Shown: positions 9,674 through 18,689 of the stretch, in pieces | Position numbering within the stretch: the stretch's first letter is position 1 | Layout of the letters: each line of letters starts with the position of its first letter | Assembly: GCA_963759005.1 (NCBI GenBank) | Contig: CAVWXQ010000005.1 | Coordinates: 14,546 to 78,545 of the forward strand | From: an uncultured Gammaproteobacteria bacterium | GTDB taxonomy: Bacteria; Pseudomonadota; Gammaproteobacteria; SZUA-229 | Reading direction: 5' to 3' | Length of the DNA: 64,000 bases | Translations under genes and position numbers: made by a program | The notes under the pieces: model-generated | The model's database searches: none | What the model was told of the DNA's origin: nothing | Seen by the model: the letters and a program-made list of their open reading frames with translations, nothing else

Positions 9674-10165
9674 TTACAAGCCAATACCTACACCAAGATG
9701 AAAGCTGGTTCGACTGCGTCCACTGTCCTGCGACCAGAGATGTAACTGCTCACTGTTGATAACCGCATATATGTAAGCGCTTTCACCCACATTGCCACTC
9801 TGGTTATCACTAATCTTGCCCAGTACAGAGATTACTCGGCCCTGTGCATAAGTGGTGGGCTCAAGATATCCCTGGTGCTGAATAATGAAGCGCCCCAGTG
9901 GTTTGCTTTCCAGTAATGGCCGGTGGGATGAATTGAGTGGATATGCCAGAACTTCAATGCGTGTTGAGTCTTTCAGATTTCGAGTGTCCAGAATGGTGCC
10001 ACCCCAGAGTGCAGTTTTTCCTTGATGAAGCTCATGTTCTGCGACCACGCTTTGCGGTGTAAGTGATTGATCGACCTGTGTGGTATCAAAATCAGGAGTA
10101 CTGGCACAACTTACCAGTAAACCGAGAAGAGCGAGAAGAGCGAGAAAAACAGGCTTGTTGATCAT
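9674..10165 (-). CDS. slp: Slp family outer-membrane lipoprotein
   Basis: Lipobox LLVSC. The W/FGG...GR..I/L...G pattern matches E. coli Slp/YeaY. Confidence 0.7.
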   Translation of the reverse strand: MINKPVFLALLALLGLLVSCASTPDFDTTQVDQSLTPQSVVAEHELHQGKTALWGGTILDTRNLKDSTRIEVLAYPLNSSHRPLLESKPLGRFIIQHQGYLEPTTYAQGRVISVLGKISDNQSGNVGESAYIYAVINSEQLHLWSQDSGRSRTSFHLGVGIGL

Positions 10166-10186
10166 GTTTTATTTTTTTGGCTTTAA

Positions 10187-10565
10187 CCCGGATATTTCAT
10201 AGGAATGCAGACAATGGGAACATGTTTTATAAAATCAGTCAGTGAGTCAGTTTGTACGATTCGCCGATAAAATCGTAGGAACGATTTTACATGAGCGAAG
10301 CGAGCCCGTAGGGTGAAGGGCAGGAAGCCCGTAATTAAAGCATAGCCGTTCGGCACATCGCTTCGCTGCTCCATGCATTGCCCTACTACCGTACTTCCTG
10401 TACATAAGCTATGGTTACAGGGGAATCGTACAAAATGGCCGCTGATATTTTTCCAAAAGCTGCATAGCGTTATCGGGTACATAGTGTACTTTCTAATATA
10501 CCTGAATTTCATATTACAATCATAGTGTTAAGCGAGATTAGCAAGGTTCCTATGAAATATCCGGG
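10187..10565. mobile_element. MITE family 2 copy A (379 bp, perfect 23-bp TIR TTAACCCGGATATTTCATAGGAA, flanked by TTAA at 10183-10186 and 10566-10569)
   Basis: Perfect terminal inverted repeats with TTAA on both sides. Internal hairpins (GAGCGAAGCGA/TCGCTTCGCTGCTC). Related copies at 30447 and 45290. Confidence 0.75.
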
Positions 10566-11153
10566 TTAATGAAGGCGGAGATGCGGATAATTGTAAGGAT
10601 AATAGTAAGGATAATACATCGGATAATAGGGGCCGTACATCCACGGGTAAGGTGGATAATCGAGATATGACTGTTCCGGTTCAGGGGGCCATAAGTAATA
10701 GTGATCTACCTGAATAACCGGATATTCATAGAGAAATTCTCCCACCTTGAGATTGTCAGCTCTGAGTACCTGTCCCGTTACTGTAATTTTGCGCTCCGCA
10801 CTATACACCTGCGGTTCCACGAATTCATCTATGATGGCGATAAATCGCCCCGGACTTTGATCAGAGCTCAGCGGTTTACCATTTTCACTTAAAGGAAACG
10901 CAATAATTGTCAGCACACTGGCATTTTGTTTGTTCTCCGTGTGAAGAATAGCGCCACCCCAGCGTACTTTTTGAGACAGGTAGGAGCCTGTCTGATGACG
11001 TACCTGTGCAACGCCGGGGCTGCCGTCCAGTGGTTGCTTTATTTCAGGCGGGATGTGTGAGCTACAGGCAGACAGCAGCACAATAACCGCAAGTCTGCCA
11101 AAAAAAGTTATCGATTTAAAAAATATCACTCCAGTTAGAAAAAACCAAGGCAT
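10566..11153 (-). CDS. Slp-family lipoprotein paralog with Tyr/Pro-rich C-terminal tail
   Basis: Lipobox LLSAC. A WGGAIL...GRFIA core is followed by YPPYPWMYGPYYPMYYPYYYPYNYP. Its stop TAA is the TTAA flanking the MITE. Confidence 0.65.
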   Translation of the reverse strand: MPWFFLTGVIFFKSITFFGRLAVIVLLSACSSHIPPEIKQPLDGSPGVAQVRHQTGSYLSQKVRWGGAILHTENKQNASVLTIIAFPLSENGKPLSSDQSPGRFIAIIDEFVEPQVYSAERKITVTGQVLRADNLKVGEFLYEYPVIQVDHYYLWPPEPEQSYLDYPPYPWMYGPYYPMYYPYYYPYNYPHLRLH

Positions 11154-11336
11154 AAAGGTTCAAATTATAAATAATGGCCTGCATCAAATGTAGCTACAGA
11201 AAATATTATGTTAGGTTTACCGCAAAACAGGCATTCGCCTAGTTGTCTGGACAAACAAAACCCCGCTCACTGGCGGGATTTATAATAGGCATGTGTTGTC
11301 GATCTCAGCACATAATTTCTTACTGTTAAAATTTAC

Positions 11337-11468
11337 TCAGCAGCCCACATCGTTTGTGACAACAGCTGAGTCAGTATTTACCTGCACGCCGGCAGGCATA
11401 AATAACGCCAAAGACTGACTAGAAAAAATCAAAACAAGAACTGCAATAAAGAATTTAATTAAATTCAT
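11337..11468 (-). CDS. 43-aa small secreted peptide (MNLIKFFIAVLVLIFSSQSLALFMPAGVQVNTDSAVVTNDVGC)
   Basis: GGAG lies 5 nt upstream of the ATG. It has a signal-peptide-like N-terminus and sits in a 700-bp AT-rich intergenic region. Confidence 0.35.
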   Translation of the reverse strand: MNLIKFFIAVLVLIFSSQSLALFMPAGVQVNTDSAVVTNDVGC

Positions 11469-12098
11469 GACTGACTCCGATTTTTGTAGCATTTAATTCT
11501 AATGTTGCAAAATATATACCAGAAAAATTATTCTTTATTTTTCAATCAGATAAAAAATTTAGTAGAAAACAGTTGTAAACTTTATAGACACCTGCATGAA
11601 TTCCTGATTCAGCTAAAAGCCCGTCATACCGGAATTTCAGGGGTTTTTAACGATAACTTCCTTACTGTTAATTATTACGACATTATTCTAATGTCGAAAA
11701 ATATGCCGCTTTAGCCAAACACACGTCATCACAGCAATGAATAGCGAGTTGTTATATCGAAAATGAGTTTTATTTTGATAAAACGAAGGTGTGAAAAAGA
11801 GTTTTACGTTAGCAAGTAGGTCGAAGAAGATGTAGTACAACTTGAAAAATTACCGTGTCAGATCACAGAACCGCAGGCGGGCATCACCCACCATCACCAC
11901 AGGTATATTGGCTGTATATTACCGGGCAATGCCCGACCTGCTTAGTTACAAATATAGTATTGTTATTGTTTTTTTCGCGCTGTTTACTACATGCCTGCTG
12001 CACTACGTCCTTCGGACCGTACTAGTGTACGTTCAAAATGCTCCCGGCATTTTAGTGCGTACGTTGCGGTTGCGGCTGAATGCTTTTGCTTTTTTTGA

Positions 12099-12950
12099 TT
12101 ATGCAGCAATGCACAACGTTTTTTGAAGTTCATCAATTTCGTGTCGTGAATCGACCAATAGCTTGAGAGAGTTATCAGCGTCAAATTGTTCGCCAGGCAG
12201 TTTTTTAAATACTGGCATTTCCAGAAAAGATGGGCAAGTAGAAAATTCTTCCGTTCCCATTAATGAGTACCATCGAGCAATGAGTACAATATCACTTAAA
12301 TCCAGCTTGTCATTTTCATCACGTTTCCATTGCTTACGTGTACGAACTGCATCAATTATTTCTTCGTCAAAGCCCCATAGTTCAAGTATCAACGAATTAA
12401 CAAGTGGGGATAACTCATCTATTGCAGCCAGGCGTCGTTCCTTATCATTAAATATCTCAGGTCGTTTCATAAGCCTGGTAAGCAATGGAGGTAATGCGAT
12501 GTCCTGTAATAATCCGGCCAACATCGCCTTACCTGAATCAACACCAGGTACGCTTTCCGCCAGGAAATAACTTAGTACGGCGACTTTTGTCGCATTCCTG
12601 TAACTCATTAACAGCGTTTTTTTCAAAGCTGGAGAAGTAACCGAAAACATAGAGCTTGTTGCATAGGTTGTTGCCAGATTCAATGTTGCTGACAAGCCTA
12701 AACGCAACACAGCACTTTCAATATCACTGGGTGGCTGCCTTAACATATACCTCACACTGTTTGATGTCCGCATGATAAACGCCGCCAAACCAGGATCAGA
12801 TTTCAATAAATCCGCTGCAACCTTATTTGTGCAATTAGGATCACGCAATTTTTGCCTGATCGTTAAGGTAATTTCAGGTAATGAAGGCAAAAGATTGGCA
12901 TCAGATACAAAACTCGAATATATATCTGCGTATATACCGGATGTACTCAT
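12099..12950 (-). CDS. HDOD domain signalling protein
   Basis: HDOD-like N-terminus (LPSLPEITLTIRQKLRDP..., D..LA.II..D..L) and helical HD-related fold. Confidence 0.6.
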   Translation of the reverse strand: MSTSGIYADIYSSFVSDANLLPSLPEITLTIRQKLRDPNCTNKVAADLLKSDPGLAAFIMRTSNSVRYMLRQPPSDIESAVLRLGLSATLNLATTYATSSMFSVTSPALKKTLLMSYRNATKVAVLSYFLAESVPGVDSGKAMLAGLLQDIALPPLLTRLMKRPEIFNDKERRLAAIDELSPLVNSLILELWGFDEEIIDAVRTRKQWKRDENDKLDLSDIVLIARWYSLMGTEEFSTCPSFLEMPVFKKLPGEQFDADNSLKLLVDSRHEIDELQKTLCIAA

Positions 12951-13154
12951 CGTGTTCCCGTCCTATATAAAACTATATTTGAAGTTAATTTGGCGCCAGA
13001 GCAGACTAGTTACTTCTTTTATTGCTTATCAGTCCAGCTAAAAACACCCTATTCTTAATTAGTTAACGGCAACACCTGGAATGTTCTTTAATAATATTTC
13101 TTGATATGGAGTGAGCAGCCACTACTAACAGTAATTGCAAGCTATTCGTATGTA

Positions 13155-14387
13155 TTATCCAGGAGTAAAGTAATTATCCCATCGCTTATCCAGCTTTTTG
13201 ATAGCCAGTTCAAGCGCAAGTGCACTGAGCTGCCCGCTTTCTTCACTAACCAGAGACAACACCAGTAGTTTATTCAAGGCATCATCAATCTCGAAATCTA
13301 CATGACAATGCCATTGATCAAGCAGCCAGCTTTCTATCGTAGTATCTAGCTGTTTACGTGTCATCGGTCCCCGTATCAGTAGAAAATAATAAGCCAGTAT
13401 CGCCTCCTTGCACTCCTCCTCTTCAGCATCATTTGCCAGCCGAAAAAAAACACCAGCGTTATTATCCAGATTTTTAAAGTACAGGTTTTGAGTAAGCGTC
13501 TGCATAAAACGCAATTTACGATTTTTGAAGTTGCTGAACTGCTTCCACAGGTAACCACCGAAAGTAGCGATACCAACAAGCAGGATTGTTATGGAGGTTT
13601 TATTAAGCTCGACCGGCTCAGCACTCAAACCCAGCCAAAAACCAAACAACGAACCGAGTAACACCATGGACGCGCCCAGTTTGGTAGTTAGTACAATACC
13701 GCCACTGACAATCGCCGGTACGCCGATCATCAATTTATCGCTGGTGCGCATACGCACCGCCGTATTGGGAAATAACATCTCAAGATCGGCCTTTGGCACA
13801 TTCTGAAATAACTTTAGCAATGTCGCACCGGGTTTACAGCCTGGTAAAGCCGCATTTTCCTGCTCAAAATCATCACGAAACCGGATATACAGCACCACAC
13901 GATCATAATTAGTGAAGCTGATGTCCTTTTTGAGCAGCCCGAAAAAACGGCTGATGGTTTCCGTGTGCGTAGATACGCCACGGCAAAATAGCAGTGCTTC
14001 GGAGAAATCGTCAAAGTCCACATGCAGACGAATCTTGAAAAGAGACGATTCATTCAATGCTGCGTCCAGATCCATTTGTGTTATACGCTCATAATTCGCC
14101 TTCTCCAGCAGATTATCCAGTAACTCAATAAAACTGAGTTCCGACAACGGTCTACGGTTATCAAATGAACATGTATCCGCATCCGGATCAAGCAAAGCAT
14201 AACTGTCCTTTAAAGATTCAACGATTTGATGAAACTCAAAATGAAAAATACTGCCCAGCATGTAATACAACTGACGTAAATTTTCTTCCTGCCCCGCCAG
14301 GTTGCCATCCAGCAAACACATCTCGACGATATCGTGTTTGCGGTATGGGATGAAGCGGGTTGGCTTATCAGTAGTGAATTCAGACAT
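13155..14387 (-). CDS. Conserved hypothetical protein with two central TM helices (DUF3754/TMEM143-like?)
   Basis: 410 aa. Large cytoplasmic domains flank a TM hairpin (IGVPAIVSGGIVLTT...LLGSLFGFWLGL). Confidence 0.4.
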   Translation of the reverse strand: MSEFTTDKPTRFIPYRKHDIVEMCLLDGNLAGQEENLRQLYYMLGSIFHFEFHQIVESLKDSYALLDPDADTCSFDNRRPLSELSFIELLDNLLEKANYERITQMDLDAALNESSLFKIRLHVDFDDFSEALLFCRGVSTHTETISRFFGLLKKDISFTNYDRVVLYIRFRDDFEQENAALPGCKPGATLLKLFQNVPKADLEMLFPNTAVRMRTSDKLMIGVPAIVSGGIVLTTKLGASMVLLGSLFGFWLGLSAEPVELNKTSITILLVGIATFGGYLWKQFSNFKNRKLRFMQTLTQNLYFKNLDNNAGVFFRLANDAEEEECKEAILAYYFLLIRGPMTRKQLDTTIESWLLDQWHCHVDFEIDDALNKLLVLSLVSEESGQLSALALELAIKKLDKRWDNYFTPG

Positions 14388-14526
14388 CAGGTGTGATTGA
14401 GTAAGCGTTGCTAATTGAAATAGTGTTGTTTCATTATGGGCATGTCAGCAAAAAACTACGTAAGGTGCGACGGTTTTCTCCGCTTGATGCAAAATCAAGT
14501 TCACGGCAGTGTAATTTTAAATCTGA

Positions 14527-15051
14527 TCAATCTATCTGAATTCGATGAAAACTTGTTTTATGGCATTTAGGACAGGGTGGTATTTTCCCCGACTTATGAA
14601 AGTGCAGTTTTTCCCCGCATTGATCACAGATCAGTGTGCCGAAACCCGCAATCTCCCCAGTGTGGTAGTCATAAGGTTTATGCGCATTTTCTTTCATGCG
14701 CAGTAATTCAACGGTCGTTTTGTCGGCAGCCTCAAGCATCATGTGGATCATCGCATTCTTAATGAGCGACGTTTCAAAACCCAGCCAGTCTTTAACTGCA
14801 TACTCTGTTTCTGAAAGGTAACTAATAACCTCATCCAGATCACGTTTCAGCCAGACAGCAAGTTTATCCGCATCCTCTTCTGTTAGCTGTTCAATTTCTT
14901 TCGCTTTTTCCTTAGCTTCATCAACTAACTGGTGAATCAACGGTCCGCTCTTATCTTTAGCCTTGTTTAAGTTCTCAGCGATGTGCTCATACATAGTTTC
15001 ATAGGCAGCTCCAAGCGTATCAAGAGGGTCTACGTGTGGCGTTTTACTCAT
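14527..15051 (-). CDS. Coiled-coil protein with C-terminal zinc ribbon (CDQCG...CPKCH)
   Basis: C-x2-C-x17-C-x2-C at the C-terminus. Confidence 0.5.
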   Translation of the reverse strand: MSKTPHVDPLDTLGAAYETMYEHIAENLNKAKDKSGPLIHQLVDEAKEKAKEIEQLTEEDADKLAVWLKRDLDEVISYLSETEYAVKDWLGFETSLIKNAMIHMMLEAADKTTVELLRMKENAHKPYDYHTGEIAGFGTLICDQCGEKLHFHKSGKIPPCPKCHKTSFHRIQID

Positions 15052-15337
15052 TTTTTCTTCCTCCTTAGTTTTCTAATTACTTCACCCACAGTCTATGCGT
15101 ATTAGCCTGCTTTATGTTGATACAAATCAAACTTGCCTGCGATTTAGTTAGTCTTGCCCGGATATTCAGAACAGTTAATAAAACACCTCATCATCTCATT
15201 TCAATAGTTTTTCATATCCTAAAGTTTGATGGCTTATAGCCGATTATAAAATACTCCAGCTAGTCAAAGACAGCAGATCATGTTTAACATCAGATAAGAA
15301 GCCAATAAAGTAGGCACAACTTGTAAAAAATAATATT

Positions 15338-16730
15338 ATGATCAAGATCTCAGCCATTCCATCGTTAAGTAAAATCCTGACAGAACCAGTACCGGATTTA
15401 ACGAAAACCTGGAAAGTTGGACAGGTGTTGAATGCGACCGCCGAACGCAATGCAAAAGCTCAGGATAATGTCCTCATGCGTATCGGGCAATCTATCCTGC
15501 AGGCAAAAACCCCGGTTGCGCTTAAAGCTGGCGATGCCCTCAAGTTGTTAGTCAAGTCGCTTGGCGATAGACCGGTATTAAAAATTCAGACAACAGCCAG
15601 CCCGCCCCTGATAGCAGCGCAGAACCTGAAAAGTTTTATCGGCCGGCAGCAGGATCTAACCAGCCTGCTACAACTCAGTCAAAAAATCATCGAAAGTTCC
15701 GTAACACCCAAAGTACTCAAACAACAGCTAATTGATTTAAACCAGAAACTGCCCAGTGTCGAACAGGCAACACAAGCAAAAACATTGGAAAAATTAATTC
15801 AAAATAGTGGCGTATTTCTCGAATCCAAATTAAAGCATCTGCAAAAAGATACGCCACTACACAATACCAGAGGTTTTAATGCGCCACATCAAAATTCACA
15901 ACATAATGCACTAAAACAGGACGTTAAAAGTCAGCTACTCAGAATTAGCGCCCAATTAAAAAGTGAGCTACCTGAACTGGCAGCAAAATCGCCGATAACA
16001 ATAACAAGAAATCTTCAAACAGTATTAGATCCACTAGTAAAACAGTTTATAAAAGGTGAAATTAGCCTTACCCAGTTATCAACCCTGTTAACAATTCAAC
16101 TCCCTAAAAAACACAGTCAGTTAATTCAGCAGGCCTTGACCACGGCAGATATAAGCCTGTTACCTAAGGAATTAAAAAATAGCTTCACCGTATTATTGAA
16201 TTACTCACAACAGCATGCCAATCCGAAACAAATACAGGATAATTTATCCAGCCTGTTAAAAACCATGGAATTATTACAGGACCTAAAAATAGCTGTTGAT
16301 GGTGTTTTGGCAAAAATATCATCACAGCAACTTACAACATTAACTCGAGAAACCGATAGTTTATTACTGTTATTATTTGATATCGTTTTAAAAGATAAAA
16401 CAGAAAATCATTTAATTCAGTTTCGACTGGAACAGGAAAAATCGGCGAAGGATCAAAACGACCTCAAGCTGGACGGTTGCACTGAATTTCAACTTCAAAG
16501 AACTTGGCCCTATTCAGGCGAGACTGCATTTAACTGATAATCATATTTCCACCGTGTTCCGTGCAGAGCAGGAAAATACGGCTAAAAACATATCGAAACA
16601 AATCAATTTGCTTGACACCGCCTTTAGGCGTATTGGCTTTGATGCAATAAACCTGGATGTTAGCCAGGGCGACATTAGTAAACCCAGAGACTTTCCCAAA
16701 AACGTTCATATACTGGATGAAAAAGCATGA
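15338..16730 (+). CDS. FliK-like (flagellar hook-length control C-terminal domain) protein with apparent frameshift near 16480 (ORF-track frame stops at 16537; the FliK C-domain continues in another frame to 16730)
   Basis: N-terminus GQVLNATAE...LMRIGQSILQAKTPVALKAGDALKLLV is FliK-like. The alternative frame reads ELGPIQARLHLTDNHISTVFRAEQENTAKNISKQINLLDTAFRRIGF, which matches the Flg_hook domain. Its stop TGA overlaps the ATG of the next gene (ATGA). Confidence 0.5.
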
Positions 16731-17026
16731 TCAATAAGACACCACAAAGAATAGCCGTAGCACTTGAATACGATGGCGAAACTGCGCCTAGAGTAACAGC
16801 AAAAGGCATGAATGATATTGCTGATAAAATCATTGATATTGCCACTGAACACGGTATACCTTTACAGCATAATGATGGACTGGTTGAGGTACTGTCACAG
16901 ATGGACCTGGGTGATGAAATTCCCGAAAACTTATATAGAGCAATTGCTGAGGTCATTGCATTTGCTTATATTCTTGCGGGTAAATTTCCTAAAAGTTATA
17001 CGCCAACGTTATATCTGGAGGGCTGA
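16727..17026 (+). CDS. Stand-alone FlhB/EscU C-terminal domain protein (YlqH-like)
   Basis: RIAVALEYDGETAPRVTAKGMNDIADKIIDIATEHGIPL...IPENLYRAIAEVIAFAY is the conserved FlhB cytoplasmic-domain pattern. Confidence 0.7.
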   Translation: MINKTPQRIAVALEYDGETAPRVTAKGMNDIADKIIDIATEHGIPLQHNDGLVEVLSQMDLGDEIPENLYRAIAEVIAFAYILAGKFPKSYTPTLYLEG

Positions 17027-17164
17027 ACATTTTTATATCTTTGCCTTATGTATCTATAATGAATGCAATAAAAATGCGACAAATAAAGTTTTCACAAAAT
17101 ACTTGCTGGCTACGACCATAACATAAACTTCTAACTGACAAATCGTCGTCTACCCCATCTTGAA

Positions 17165-17449
17165 TTAACAGGAAACTGCGATATTTTTACTGCTGTTTTT
17201 TTGTGAACAAATAATCAACAAAACCTGTCCAATTGCTTGCAAGCCTGCTGCTAGCTGATCAGAATTAATGTGAGAATTTTTTACTATCGAATCCACATCA
17301 ACTTCCCCTGGAAACTGATAACTATGCTCATATAATAAACAGTAGATGGTCTGAAAAACGCCTGTTTTTTGAACAGCGGCTAAAATAGCTGTTACGGCTT
17401 CAGTTAAAAATCGACTGGCCTGATCGTTAGAAAATTCAACAGAAATCAA
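17165..17449 (-). CDS. Hypothetical protein
   Basis: ORF only. Confidence 0.25.
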   Translation of the reverse strand: MISVEFSNDQASRFLTEAVTAILAAVQKTGVFQTIYCLLYEHSYQFPGEVDVDSIVKNSHINSDQLAAGLQAIGQVLLIICSQKNSSKNIAVSC

Positions 17450-17566
17450 GCTTTTCGTAAAAGCCGTGTTAAATTCATCAAAAACTCTCTTTTAAAAGTT
17501 CCATATAGACCTCATGTATCAATTAAAATTAATAATCTGTTTGACGTAACTATAAAAAAATCACTT

Positions 17567-17837
17567 CTAGTACTCTATCAACCTGATAATGACGGATGCA
17601 GTTGGTCTGTCAGCGTTCAGGGCAAGGCACGCCTCGCAGCAAATGGCCTTAGTCCTTTGCAAGAGGTGTAACGATGCCATGGACGTTGACAGACCAACCC
17701 TTCGGGCATCGCTGTGGTGTCTCGCCACTGCGTTACAGCACTTGACAAGGACTATGGCCATTGCCTACGTACTGTGCCTTGTTGCGAAACACCACAACGA
17801 TGCTGCATCCGTCATTATCAGGTTGATAGAGTACTAG
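17567..17837. mobile_element. MITE family 1 copy 1 (approx. 265-bp nested palindrome, ends TACTCTATCAACCTGATAATGACGG.TGCAG, CTAG on both sides)
   Basis: There are three near-identical copies in the window (here, 25728 and 47657). A 35-bp TIR encloses a second internal inverted repeat. The ORFs inside are mirror artefacts. Confidence 0.8.
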
Positions 17838-17948
17838 TGAGTAACGACATAAAGCCACATTTAACATTTGTTAACGTTGTTACAGCATTATTGTTAAACT
17901 AGCTATGGCAATATTCATAAGAAATGAAGCTATTGAGAGGACTGTTTT

Positions 17949-18677
17949 GTGCGTATTGGATTACTGGAAGACGACTTAAGTCAAATTGAATTAATTAGCC
18001 TGTGGGCGAGTGAAGCTGGTGACCATCTACAGTCTTATACCTCTGGTAAAAGTTTTCGTGAAGCGATGAACACAGAAAACTTTGACCTGCTGGTACTCGA
18101 CTGGCATCTTCCCGATACTACCGGTATCGAGGAGCTCGACTGGTTACGCGGTGAGAAAGCCTCCAGCACACCGGTCATTTTTATTACCAGTCGGGACAGC
18201 GAACAAAGCGTAGTCGAAGCGCTGGATCACGGCGCAGATGATTATATGGTCAAACCGGTGACAAAAGGCGTCACCCTGGCCCGTATCAAAGCACTTCAGC
18301 GTCGTAATAAGATCGGCGACACGCTGGCGACTTCAGGCAGTGGGATGGCTAATGAGACTGACCGGGTGTCCGCCATTCTTGATTTCGATCCTTATCTAAT
18401 TAATACCGCGGAGCACAGTATCTCGGTCAATGGCGAAGTGATAAAACTCACCTATAAAGAATTTGAACTGGCGGCTTACCTGTTTCGTCATGCCGGTTGC
18501 CTGGTTTCACGTGATCATCTGCTCGAGTTCATCTGGGGCACACGGGCAGATCTCAATACCCGTACGGTGGACACCCATATCAGTCGGATTCGCTCAAAAC
18601 TGGGGATTAACCCGGCCGTTGGCTGGCAGCTCAGTAGCATCTATCAACGCGGTTATCGTTTATCCAGGGTATCTTAG
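17949..18677 (+). CDS. OmpR/PhoB-family response regulator (GTG start)
   Basis: Receiver domain (LVLDWHLPD..., K at MVKP) and winged-helix C-terminus (LTYKEFELAAYL...TVDTHISRIRSKL). Confidence 0.75.
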   Translation: MRIGLLEDDLSQIELISLWASEAGDHLQSYTSGKSFREAMNTENFDLLVLDWHLPDTTGIEELDWLRGEKASSTPVIFITSRDSEQSVVEALDHGADDYMVKPVTKGVTLARIKALQRRNKIGDTLATSGSGMANETDRVSAILDFDPYLINTAEHSISVNGEVIKLTYKEFELAAYLFRHAGCLVSRDHLLEFIWGTRADLNTRTVDTHISRIRSKLGINPAVGWQLSSIYQRGYRLSRVS

Positions 18678-18689
18678 GACTAAATAAAA

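Noticed and set aside
10183-10512. ORF 10183..10512(-) and ORF 48012..48299(+)
   Set aside because: Both lie inside MITE family 2 and 3 elements respectively and have no RBS context. They are repeat-internal.
15338-17026. FliK-like and FlhB-C pair as evidence of a type III secretion or flagellar locus
   Set aside because: No other export-apparatus, rod, hook or ATPase genes occur within the window. Such orphan pairs are known outside flagellar loci.
17567-17837. ORFs 17567..17761(-) and 17589..17837(+), plus the equivalent ORFs at 25576..25929(-), 47649..47927(+) and 47654..47905(-), listed as 60-117 aa proteins
   Set aside because: They lie entirely inside copies of the palindromic MITE family 1. 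The paired opposite-strand ORFs are mirror images produced by the inverted-repeat structure, not genes.
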